Below are positions 35,876 to 47,569 of a DNA stretch of 50,840 bases, piece by piece. The stretch is taken from the NCBI GenBank assembly GCA_043228905.1, contig JBHGNT010000218.1, positions 1-50,840 of the forward strand, written 5' to 3'. Within the stretch, counting starts at the first letter, position 1. Each line of letters begins with the position of its first letter. The notes under the pieces are model-generated. The model saw only the letters and a program-made list of their open reading frames with translations, was not told the DNA's origin and made no database searches. The position numbers and the translations under genes were made by a program. Origin of the DNA: Azolla caroliniana (taxonomy: Eukaryota; Plantae; Polypodiophyta).

Positions 35876-38800
35876 TTACTGTTGTGCACACTGAACTCTT
35901 GGGGCACCTGCTTCTTCTTCTTCTTCGTAAGCTTCATGTGCAGATTGTTGTTGCTTCCTTCTCAGTTCTTCCTCCATATTTACATTTTCTAGTATGGTTT
36001 CTTCACAATCATCAAGATCCATTTCTGTCAACCTTGGTCCGGAAGGTAGAATTGTTGTCAGGACTTTACATTGCTCTGTCGAAAAAAAGCCAGACTCTGG
36101 AAAATCCACTGAAAAGTGAATATACAGTTTGCCTTTCATAAAACTCTGATAAATGGGCATTCCTTCGTCATTGATGGCTTTAAATTGATCTGTAATGCAC
36201 AAAAGAAATAAAACCATAAAAGAGAGTATCTGCAAACAATGTTGAGAAATAAAAAACATTCTCTCTAGTATCATGAAATAAATGAGAGGAACATCTAGAC
36301 TTCTACATGTACTATTTGAATCACTTTTCTTTGGAGTCAATGTCACAAACCTGGTTTCACAACCTCGCTAGGATCTGATCTAATCAATAGTTGTCGGTTA
36401 TCGAGATGGGAAAGAACAAATTGGAAGCCACAAAGAGCCTCTGTAAGATTCAATGAATGTTCTACAAACAGGTCATCGCCCTTTCTTTTAAACCTTGCAT
36501 GTTCTTTAAGTTGCACCACAAATACTATATCACCCGTCACAGTATCAGGCTGCAAGATATATTGACCAAAAAACTGGTTTCAAATAGATTCTAGCTGTGG
36601 ATACAAATTAACTTCAAAAACACATGGTTCCAAATCATTTTAGTTAGACAGAAATATGGCTTCAATAAATTCTGGGTGTGAATTTTTTTCTACTTACCGC
36701 CTCATCTGCTTCTCCAGGGAAAGTGATCTTCTGTCCATGTTGCATACCCTTGTCTATATGTACTTCTAAAGCCTTGTTTTGTTGGACGACCTTCTCTCCT
36801 TTACAGAGACCACACTTATCTTTCTCATTGATAATTTCTCCTACATTGATACAAAAAATGGAAGTTAGCATTAGACACGCCACTATATCGATTCATAACA
36901 GAGGTAAGTTAGCAAGAGGATATGGTTAACTCCACACCTACTTACTGAAAGGAAGACGTACCTGAACCTTTACACTCTGCACATACATGTTGCATCTGCT
37001 GTATCATACCAGGCCCTATTTGTCTGACAGAAACCTTCACACCAGACCCTTGACAACTAGCACATTTCATTGAAGCTCCACTTTTAGAGCCATTTCTGCA
37101 AAGGTTATTATGTCCAATAACATCAAAATGAAGTAGAGAATAAACAACAATAAAAGATAAGAGGATGGACGGAGAGGTGTATAGACATACCCTTTGCATT
37201 TAGAACAGAGTACATTCCTAGATAATGATAGCTTCTTTAACGATCCATTATATAGGTCTTCGAGGGACACCTTTAAAGGATGCACAAGATCGTCTCCACG
37301 CTTTTGTCTTCTACTACCTCGGCTACTACCCCCTATTTGACAGGTAAAGCAAAATTAAATAAAAGACCTGCGCTGTCTTAGTTTTTTATTCAAAAAGCAT
37401 TGTTTAATCAGTCATTGAAGAATCAGCCACTCAAACAAATGAAGGAAAATTAAATAAAAAAATAGTACATCTTCATATTATTTACTTAAAAATGCATCAA
37501 TTATTCGTTTTAAATAGTTATCACAAAACTAGCTCCACAACTGCCTCATATTGAACAGGGAAAGCGGAATTATATAAAAGATCTATATTGCCATTGTTTT
37601 TCTACTTAAAGAATATCAATCTCTCAGTTGAATCAGTTATTGCCAAAGTAGCTCAGCTACTAGTTAATAACATAAAGCAAATGAGCATTAAAAAGCTACA
37701 GAACTGCAGCTTTTATTCAAAAACATCAATGTAGTAAAAACATCAATGTAGCTATCACCTAGTTTTCTCAGAGACTCTGACTGTTACGTTTTGGGACCCT
37801 AATTTTGGAAATGATCAAAATCTCACTCTAGCTTACCCAAATTTTGGAACTGACACTAAATTCGGACAAGTTCCCAGAATGCCTCAAATTAATTTTTCCC
37901 ATAATATTCAAAGCTCGAAAGTTAATTTACTTTGATTAAGGAAACATATTTGAAGCACTTGCTTCTAATTTACTTTAAATGTAAATCTCAACTTTGAAAA
38001 TTTAAGATGATTGGTTGCTAATTAAAACTAGATGATGATTTGGTAGAAAAAACGTTGATGATTTGCAATCATAATTATAAAAAACCCAATTAAATTGAGG
38101 CCTTTTGGAAACTCAGTGAGCTAGAATGGTGTATCAGCGATTGTAATAACCTAGGGTGGCATTTTTATATTTATTCCTGAATTAAGAGAAAGACCAACCT
38201 CCGAAAGGACCCGCACCTCCACCTCCAAAGAAGGATTCAAAGATATCAAATGGATTGTGACCACCACTGCTGCCTCCTCCCATTCCTTCCTTAAGAGCAT
38301 CCTCACCATACTGATCATAAATCTCCTTCTTCTCAGGGTCACTCAAGACTTCATATGCTTGAGCCAACTCTTTGAACTGCAAGAAACATATGGTAGCAGA
38401 AAAAGAGATCATAGAAAGAAATATAGCACTGTGAACTGCTTAATGGAAAGGCTAAAAATAAGAGCGACTTCCTAAATGTAGAGAATAAATAACAGCAACT
38501 AAGAGAGAAACCTTGATAAGGCGGACAATGATAAGGCCAAAGCACAAGCATAGCAGAAAACAGAGAGACACATCTTGATGATATTCAGATATCATGCTCA
38601 ACTACCAATATGTGTGTTATCTCTAATATGTAGAGGATATTCTATATCCTACCTAAATGAAGATAACAATGAGAGAGTTGTTGCAAACAAGTGAAGGTAC
38701 TGACATATAGAGGAACCCTCTCCCTTATTGTCAAGAGTTGGTTCATTGAATATTCTCAGTGCTAACATACATACTTTGTCTTTGGAATACTCGTTTCTCT

Positions 38801-40089
38801 CACTCTGTCATACACACACACACACCACATAGACACACACCACATAGACACCTAATCTATCCACTGCGTGAGAACTATATGTTTAGTTCCCTTAATTATT
38901 TACGAATGAATTCCGGAAGAGAAGGACAAAAAATTAAATGGTTTTCACGAAATATAGATACCAAGTAGCAAGACAAAGACAAACAGAGAAAGTTGGATAT
39001 GGAAGACCAGAAGATTAAACATACTGTTGATGAAAAGCATATAGAGACAATGCAGTAAATCACATGCATAACTATAAAAACAAATACAGATGACTGAGAA
39101 AGCCCTCAATGAGATGCAAAAAAGAAAATGCGAAAGGGAAAAACATTTTTAGGATATGGATAAACGATAAAGCTGTATGGAACCATGAAGGGAAGGCAAA
39201 AATGGTCAGTTTTTATGAAATGTAAATTTTTAAATGCCTTCTCAGAAAGAAGTATCATCTAGAAAAAGCTTGATGTAATGGAAAAAGATGAAGAACTCGA
39301 GAAGGAGATTTTTACAGATAACAGTGAGATACTCCCTATGAAAGATCACCACAAAAAATGTACAATAAGAAGGTGAAATATATGCAAAATTTACTTTTTC
39401 ACAATGAATGACCAAAAGAATGCTAAAAGTAACAAATGAAAATGTCAAGAGAAAAAGCTTTTTACAAAATCTAGAAAATTGAACTTCCCGGAAGAATCCA
39501 TGAAACACATAGAAGGAAAACGAACTTCTTACAGAAAAGAAATATAATATTGGAAAAAGAGATCCATTCGAAAAATCAAGGGCTTTGACGAAGTGCAAAG
39601 AACTTGACTTCTCATAAATGGACACTACACAGAAAACAAAACTGTTGAATCGTAGAGAAATGCCTTCACAGAAAAAAGAGATGACAGAAAATGCTTCACA
39701 AGGGGGGGAAAAGAACGGCAGAGCAGTTTCCTTTTCAAAATGAGATCACAAAAAAAAGAATACAAGAAGAGATGCACAAGCCAATAAATCACCTTCTCAG
39801 GAAAAGAGAAGAAAATCCTAAACGGGAGAGGTTTGTCACAAAATGCATGGAAATTACGTTATCTGCTTGATGAATACGAGCATAAATGAAACGCCTGGAA
39901 GGAAATGCGTAGTTTTGCTAAATGGTCGAGAAAACTAACCTTCTCAGGATCACCTCCTTTATCTGGATGATTCTTAATGGCAGCTTTCCGGTAAGCTTTC
40001 TTGAGCTCATCTGCAGAGGCACTTTTTGGAACGCCTAACACTTCATAGTATCTGTTATTATCACTCTTCTTAGGAACTCGTCCAAACAT
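35876..40089 (-). CDS. Type-I DnaJ/Hsp40 (AtJ2/J3, DNAJA-like); exons 40089-39940, 38376-38199, 37332-37191, 37095-36962, 36840-36698, 36549-36351, 36189-35876
   Basis: J domain with HPD, G/F region, four CxxCxG zinc-finger repeats and C-terminal CaaX (CAQQ). Confidence 0.97.
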
Positions 40090-41032
40090 GTTGACAATGA
40101 TTCAGAGATGAAGAAATGGTCAAATTAGGAATAGATCGTCAGCGAACTGATTATAGTTCTACTGTGTAGGAACGGAGATTCAGCCAGGGATTTCTCAGAT
40201 ATTTTTCTTGAAATCACTGAATCGTCTATAGTTCTATTGCGTGTAAATGCCTGATCATGGAGACAAAGTTCTTCTGTTAACTGTGTAGGGATCTACTATG
40301 TTGGCATAAACGGTCGATACAGAGAGGAATTCTTTAAGTGAAATATTTCGAGATATACGGTGTAGCGAAGGAGATCAAAAGCTTTCCCCGATTCTGAGAA
40401 GTCTTTCTGTGAGCTGTGGCACAGAGTTTTGCTACCGCGCGCGTGAGAAAGATCAGTCCAAAGCTTTTCCTGAGATAATCTGCGATCAGCGTAAGCTACG
40501 GCAGGAAAGCCAAGGAGATCGAACGATCGCGGCTGGAGAAGAAAAACACAGTAGAGAGAGAAAGGCACAAGTAGGAGTCGTCGAAGAAGAAGAAGACGAG
40601 AGAGAGAGAAGGTCAAATATGACTCTATGAGACCAAACATTTTACATTTCACGTGATACATGTGAAAGTGAGTAGCAATTCTGGAGATGTTGAAGAACTT
40701 TACTGATGAATATTGTGGTTGTGAGAGAAATTCGTGCAAGGATTGGGGTTGGTCAAATATGTGTCGAAAGCATAGTCGAATATGGTCAAAGGCAAAGAGA
40801 GCATTTGTATCAAAGTGTGATACTCAAGACTCACGAACGAACTTGTTTAGGGCAAAGTGTGTGCATAGTTGACCACTCTCATCACTTGTGCCCCAACGCC
40901 CTGTCTCACATCACAAAATGCATGTGAGCTAAGTCACATGGAAGCAATGGTTCAAATGGCAGACAATGGGATAGGCTCTAACATGTATCGATTGATATGT
41001 ATGGCTTCCCCGTTCTATAGAGAGAGAGAGAG

Positions 41033-41105
41033 ATGGATGTAGCCCAGTTGGTAAGGTTGCCCAATGGAGACCAGGTGGTCATGGGTTCAACCCCTACATT
41101 CCGCA
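41033..41105 (+). mobile_element. tRNA-derived SINE head or tRNA pseudogene
   Basis: A box TAGCCCAGTTGG and B box GGTTCAACCCC at tRNA-like spacing; anticodon arm does not pair; follows a (GA)n tract. Confidence 0.55.
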
Positions 41106-42496
41106 ATGGCTGAAATAGAGATATATATGAAGTATATAATAGAGAGGTGAAGAAATTGGGTTTTGAACCCAAGACACAAGCTAATTACGATAAAAAAAGA
41201 AGAATTTGGACCGTGTGTTATTGTCTCTCTAAAGAAACATTTGCAATGAGTCCCAACGGCAGCATCAATTTGCTTTTACTTTTAATTTGGGCGGGTGTCG
41301 ACAAATCCCAACCATTTGTTCCTTACATACATATTTGTGGTCCTCCAAAGATGTGGTGGGTGTTATAATAAGAGTCCCCCAAAGTTCACAAGTTTCCACA
41401 TCTCTTCTTCTTCTTCTTCTTTATTGGGATCCTCTCTCTATAAAGAAGTAGGTTGATCAAACAGACTCGTGCACACACAATTGTGATAGCAATAACCTGC
41501 CCCAAATTTTGAGAACATACATGAACGGAAGCACAAATAACTTGACCAACTTCACAAAGAATTGGAACCATCCAAAGAGGCCTACAACTTGGATGAGCAT
41601 TTTTCAATATCTATGCACAAATTTCGAGGGCCCCAAAAATCTCCTTTGCTAACTATTTGAATCTTTTTCCACTTTCCATGCAAGGGAATTATATGGTATT
41701 ATCATTATGGTCTCTTAAAATATATCTCCAAACAATATCTGAGTTATAAATTCTGAGTTTTGTAATACAATACTACTTGTCTTAAAGCGTTTAAGTCAAC
41801 CCCTCGCTAAGTTACTAATTTTCACAACTAGAAGGAGCATCATTTTATGAGGTCATGGAATCTTTTGGTTCATCAACTTTCTCGTCAATTGGTTTTCTTT
41901 GTCTATGAGAAACTAGAAACTAGTGAGAACATAAATCATCGATGTTCATGGCCCGTCCAATTCTACATATAACAAAAAATAAGTTAAAAGTGCACAAATG
42001 GGCTCTACATATGTACAAATAGTTGTGTACACAATATGTAAGTTGCATATATATAAGTTCATCATTTAAATTGTATACAAGTTTCCAGGGAATTTGCACT
42101 ATATCCTAATTCTACATGGTTCCCTTTAGTTCACTTGTGCAGAATCAGTAGCATCAAGAAACATTGTAAAACTTCAAAGTAACGCAGCAGAACTCCAATT
42201 AAGGAGAGACTGATGTTTTATTTGCTTTACAGTATTAATCCATATATCAGAGCTTCCCTTTGAATTACCCGGTATCACATTCATTACTTGTATATTTTGC
42301 AATGTATATCTTGAAACTGTCAGAATGTTTTACACGAATCCACACAAAATGTGGCCTACCACAAAACAATGTGCCATTTCTAAAGAAAGCTCTATAACCA
42401 TTACTTGCTAGCTCTTGAGAATTGATATTGGTCAAATAATAGTATGGTTTATAATGACCTCCAGAAAGAACTCATCTTAACATTTAGACACATTCT

Positions 42497-45427
42497 TTAC
42501 AAAGGAGTTGTAGCGTCTGGAACTCTCTCACGGTTTGTAAGCTTGAACCGTTTCCTAAATTCCAATAATGATGACCTTTTCGGTGTCAGTAATTTTTGTT
42601 GCTGTCTTTGGATCTTCTTCATAGCGTGAAACCGACCACCACGAAAACCTAATCCGTACCTGAAACAAATATTAAACTTTGGGCATAACGTTAAAACAAT
42701 GACACTATACTAGCAACAAAGTTGGACTTTTACCCAATCACCAGTGTTGTTCCAGCTGTTGCAACACAAGACGTTAAACTAACACCTGGTTTTGTCAACG
42801 CTTTAACTTGTTGTTCTTCAAGACTATGAACAGTTGTCATCTGCACAGCATGAAAGAAAAACAGAGGAACAAATTCAGCTTGAGAGTTACAGTTTAACCC
42901 CAAGGGAGGAGCAAGAAAAAAAGGTTTCTTCAAGACTATGAACAATTTTCATCTGCAGAACATGAAAGAAAAACGGAGAGAACATATTCAGCTTGTGCGT
43001 TACAGTTTAAACTTTAACCCCAGAGGATCAAGAAAAAATGGTTATGAGACAAATCATGCGAGAGAGTGTTTGATGTTGTAGCCATCATCATTGCAGTGTA
43101 TATTCTAAGAGCCACGTGCTAATACAATAACTTTTGTCAAAAGAAGAAGAAGAGAGGCCAACATAGCTTACAAGGTCTAAAAACATAATAAAGTAATTCT
43201 CATGCATACATAGAGAAATCAGCTAAAGTCTAGTGCTCACACAAAAGCCAAAGAAAACCTAAGGTACAGGCTTTAAGATAAAACAAGAAACGGGGAACAG
43301 CGTCACACAGGTGCTTACCACATGTTCTATTGTGTCTAACCGTGCTTCAACCTTTCTTTGGTGCAATTGCCGTGCTGCATATCCTGGAAGACAATGCACC
43401 ATTAAAGCATAAGTCAAACTTCCTTATTGTGAATTTTTGTTGAAGATATCTATTAGTAAAAAGGAATAACACCATCATACTTCACCTTTATGCCTCAAAG
43501 CATCTAATATGGTATTATCCACATATGGAATGAACAAATGCATTGGGTAACTTTTTTTTATCCTTAACTATTTTGTAAAAGGAATAACATTATACTTTAC
43601 ATTCATGCTCAGAGAACTTAACATGGTATTATCCACAATGGAACTATGAAAACAAAGGCATTGGGTAATTTTATTTTTATCCTGAGCATTAGTACGACCA
43701 TAGCAGGAAGGTAATAGCATACTTTATTATGCAGATGGCTGCTCTAGGTAAATATTAAAACTGAGAAGCGATGGTAGAGATCACAAGAATACCCATGTGA
43801 AGATGCTTCTAACATACAGAGGCAGGAAATTCCTCTAAAAAGGATATCTGACAGCCACTTGTGGATGGTTTCTCATCAATGCATTATCCATCTCCTGTCT
43901 CTCTATTCGGAGCACATGAGATCCCATTTCCATTAGTGCAATGGCACATTGCGTTAGTTTTGGATAGTTTGTGTACTTTGAATTCGGGATTGAATTATTT
44001 ATAACAATATCAATATTGGTTATGAGGTATTTTCCAGAATGCTCACGTTCTGACCTACATGTGGGCGTTTTCCACTTCGTATGGAGAGTTTAATATGGGT
44101 AAATCAAGCTTCAGCTCATGTTCTCTTTTCTTTCTTTCCATAAAGTTTTATTTTGCACATCTCAAGGTTCTACTTCCCATTTTGCAAACCACTTTCTGAT
44201 ACCATTCACCTACTTAAAGTGAGAAATGCAAGCTTTTTCCACCCCTCATCAAGTCAATATCTAATCCTGGAAACCATGTCACTATTGTTGATGGCAACAG
44301 TATTATATGTTTCAACTTTCTACTATGCCACTATTGTTGTTGTCAATGACCATAATTTTCTCCACCGTGTGCCATTATTGTCATTATCAATAAACACAAA
44401 GTTGAATGTTTCGATTGTACGATTAAATATTTTCAATAACCAAACTATTGTACCAAGTGCATTCCTAAAGCCCAATGGCTATGGTAACCAAAACACCAAA
44501 AAAATAACATATTTCAGATTTTCTTCCATATCTCGATGGTACATCAGAAGAAAATGAAAAGCCATTGAATAAACGAATTTGAAAGGAAACTAAACATAGC
44601 AAAAAGATCAGTTGAATTTTTCCTTGGGGAAAAAAGGATCATTCCTTTTGAAAAGGAAATGTTCTGTGGAGGAAGATGCATATCATGTCAATATTTTATT
44701 TCTTTCATTTTTCACATTAAATGTGAGCCAATTGTCTAGCAGTACATGCAACAACAAAAAATTTGCATTCAAAAGATTCACTACATACCTGTCCAAGCAG
44801 CCCCTGCCGAAGCCAAAGATGCAGCAAGTGTTAAGACAACTTTGTGCCTCTCAAACACATCCTGTATAAACGAACAAAAATCAACTCTTTCCTTTCATTA
44901 TGTAGCAAAACACAAAAGACAAGGAGAAATGAATAATATGAAAAAGAACTGAGAAATAAAACTCAATAGAAGAAGAAAAAAAATGATGAAAGACACAAGA
45001 AATGGAAGAAAGACTGGAGAATGCAAGAAGTGCATTTCGATGTAGAAAAAGAGAAACACAAAAACAAAAAGAAGAAGATAAGCGGACCTTGATGAATAAG
45101 GAAAATGAGAGAAGTTAAATAGAAAAAGAAGAAGATGAGAGTGCATTGACAGACCAAAGAGCGAAAGAAGAAATGGAAGAAAAAACGAGGAGAAAAACAA
45201 AATGGCGAAAGAAGCACAAAGAAGAAACAAACAACCACAAAAAAGAAGAGGAGGAGGAAGGAAGATACCTTGATGGAGAAGTAAGTGTCAGAGACAGCAT
45301 TGAAGCTCTGTGAGGATTTAGATCTCAACCTTTCAACGATGGAACGGTATATTCCGTGCAGAGAAGTAGAGGAAGGATTAGGGTTTAACGAAGGGATCCA
45401 TCGAGCAGACGATCGCCCACACGACAT
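42497..45427 (-). CDS. Small uncharacterised membrane protein (about 188 aa); exons 45427-45269, 44861-44789, 43383-43319, 42840-42734, 42659-42497
   Basis: Spliced in frame through GT-AG: MSCGRSSARW...FSIKDVFERHKVVLTLAASLASAGAAWTGGYAARQLHQRKVEARLDTIEHVM...CVATAGTTLVIGYGLGFRGGRF...; two hydrophobic Gly/Ala segments. Confidence 0.8.
42814..43040. repeat. ~112-bp tandem duplication spanning an intron/exon junction
   Basis: TTCTTCAAGACTATGAACA.TT.TCATCTGCA..CATGAAAGAAAAAC at 42814 and 42926. Confidence 0.9.
43457..43684. repeat. ~120-bp diverged tandem duplication, intronic
   Basis: AAAAGGAATAAC...ATGGTATTATCCACA...GCATTGGGTAA...TTTATCCT occurs twice. Confidence 0.8.
43850..44120 (-). mobile_element. 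Decayed RTEX-like LINE C-terminal fragment
   Basis: Minus translation QCAIALMEMGSHVLRIE followed by frameshifted TG-RW-like sequence, matching AIGQLRISSHKLEIENGR. Confidence 0.45.
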
Positions 45428-45529
45428 GGACGTCTGCGTGTTAATCCACCCCTATTCTGATCTCTCTTCACTTCTCTTATAGTCGCTGTTCTGCACACAA
45501 TTTTGGAGAGAGAAAGAAAGAAGATATAT

Positions 45530-45532
<3 letters not shown>

Positions 45533-45566
<34 letters not shown>

Positions 45567-45619
45567 GTAAGTAGTGTTTTTTACACACATTTTATTAATA
45601 TAATTGTGTGTTTTCACCA

Positions 45620-45643
<24 letters not shown>
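45533..45643. repeat. Two (GA)n microsatellites upstream of the 45427 ATG
   Basis: Direct reading. Confidence 0.9.
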
Positions 45644-45650
<7 letters not shown>

Positions 45651-45813
45651 GAAGGCTTGTTTGGTTGGAGAAGGAGAATACATCACTCTCTCCCTCTCAA
45701 AATATGTAATGTGTTTCATTACGGATTTATTATTAGTAATCGAGTCCTGAACGCTATAGATCTTGTTGTTTTATTATGCTTGGTTACACATAATAGACAT
45801 TGAGATTCATAAT

Positions 45814-45862
45814 AGAAAGAAAGAAAGAAAGAAAGAAAGATGTATTGATGTCTTTTAAGAGA
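45814..45862 (-). mobile_element. LINE 3'-terminus relic with (TTTC)6 tail
   Basis: (GAAA)6GATGTATTGATGTCTTTTAAGA resembles GAAAGAAAGATATATTAACATCTTTTAAGA at 4272. Confidence 0.7.
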
Positions 45863-47269
45863 AGCATATTGTGTGACCAAATCTTATGGAAAACACTCTC
45901 GAGATATCGGCATTGTTCGAGTAAATATATGAAATGCATATATGTATGTACTATCGTGTGCTTGTCCTTTTTTATTCCCCCCTCCATCTAAATATATCTC
46001 TTCTTGATCCTATTAAGACACATAAGGACATAGATAGTGACACCTACACATGCAGAAACCTTGGCAATCACTCACAATCCAACATAGTCAAAAAGACCGG
46101 AACATGATTTGAATTTTCCATGACATACATTACTACAACGATCAAACCCCAATTAGCATAACATGAACGAAATCTTTGAACGTATGTTAATATTGGAATA
46201 TCACCCTCTCAATCTACATTTTCTCTATGACACGCTTCATGATTATGATTTCCAAATGTAGCTAGTAGACTTTTTCCCCAAAAATAGCTAGTAGTTTTAT
46301 ATCAAACGTCCAAGCCTTTTGTCGTGATTTATTGTCTTTTAGATGTATTTCTAGAGAGATTAGACATTCATTTAATATATGTCATGTTTTTGTTTGTTTC
46401 ATTGGCCCTTTCACCTTGATTAACTTTAAAAACTTAGACTGGCCCTTTGGATTTTTCTACATTGGTTATTAGATGGTGATTTATATTTCCTATCACATGT
46501 TGAATGTGGAAAAATAGATATTGCAAGCACAAGCACAAGTAACATTTATGGAAATTCTAAATGAGTTGTTGTGACTTTTTGATGGGTTTGGTTAAAGTGT
46601 CATGTATCCTTCATTGTACGAACCAAAGCACGTCTGGATAAATAGTTATGCTATTCAAACTATACACGTGCTGTTATCAAAAGTAAAAGGTGCACTATGG
46701 ATGCATTTTAAATATGAGCAAGTCTTCTAAACATAAGTGCATCCTTTAGGATATGAACCAAATTTACAACGGTTTGGAATATTAAATAAATGCATCAAGA
46801 CATTATGAGGCAATGGAGACTTTCGAATGCATATGCCACATATGGTTGCATAACATCATACTGAATAAACAATGCAATGCTTTAACATGCTTCCGTAATG
46901 ATTTATAGAAGGAGAGAATAAATGATAGATATCATTCCTAGAGAAAAAGAGCAAACCAATAAATGAATGAGACCTTTACATGAGAAAGAATAGGTAAGGA
47001 ACAAAGGTATGAAATCATTCATTATTCAAAGACAAAAGTAGAAATTTCTGGCTTCCTTAAAAAAACCACCACGCCATAGATGGCTAAACCCAAGTAGGAA
47101 CAAAATGAATTTAGCTGGAGGAACGAGGATTTTACAACTTTAACTAGGCATTGGGAAAATGCCCAAAAATATGCAGTAATTTAAGGGGTCTACCCATATG
47201 CATGAATAATAAAACAAATCACAAGGACAACAAAAAATTGACAATATTTGAATAAATATTTAGCTTCAG

Positions 47270-47350
47270 AGGACTAGCGGCTTTTCTAGTGGTTCAGCCT
47301 CATGCCCTTCTAGCCACTAGTTGAGGTTCAACCCCAGCCTTTGTCCTTGG
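47270..47350 (+). mobile_element. Possible second decayed tRNA-like SINE head
   Basis: CTAGTGGTT...GAGGTTCAACCCC; the B box is identical to that near 41084. Confidence 0.3.
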
Positions 47351-47569
47351 CTGCTACAAATGGCAATCTACCCCAGTTTAGATCATGATACAAACAGTAT
47401 TACACACTGTTTAAAGTTAATTATATCCTGTTTATAAGATAAGGAGCTGATTGCAAAGTAAAATTACAATTTTTTTGCTTTCCCAAGTAAATTTGATCAA
47501 GAGAAATCACACAAAAAAGAAGGTATGCCATCTCTCTTTGAAGCCTTTTATATATCTTCTTCTTCTTCA

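Noticed and set aside
40190-40760. Heat-shock elements upstream of DnaJ
   Set aside because: Only isolated TTCnnGAA dimers; no three-unit nGAAn array found.
41033-41105. Functional tRNA gene
   Set aside because: The anticodon arm does not pair, acceptor and T stems are imperfect, and no poly-T terminator follows.
45378-45386. Telobox TAGGGTTT
   Set aside because: It lies within coding sequence (LNPN codons), so a regulatory role cannot be supported.
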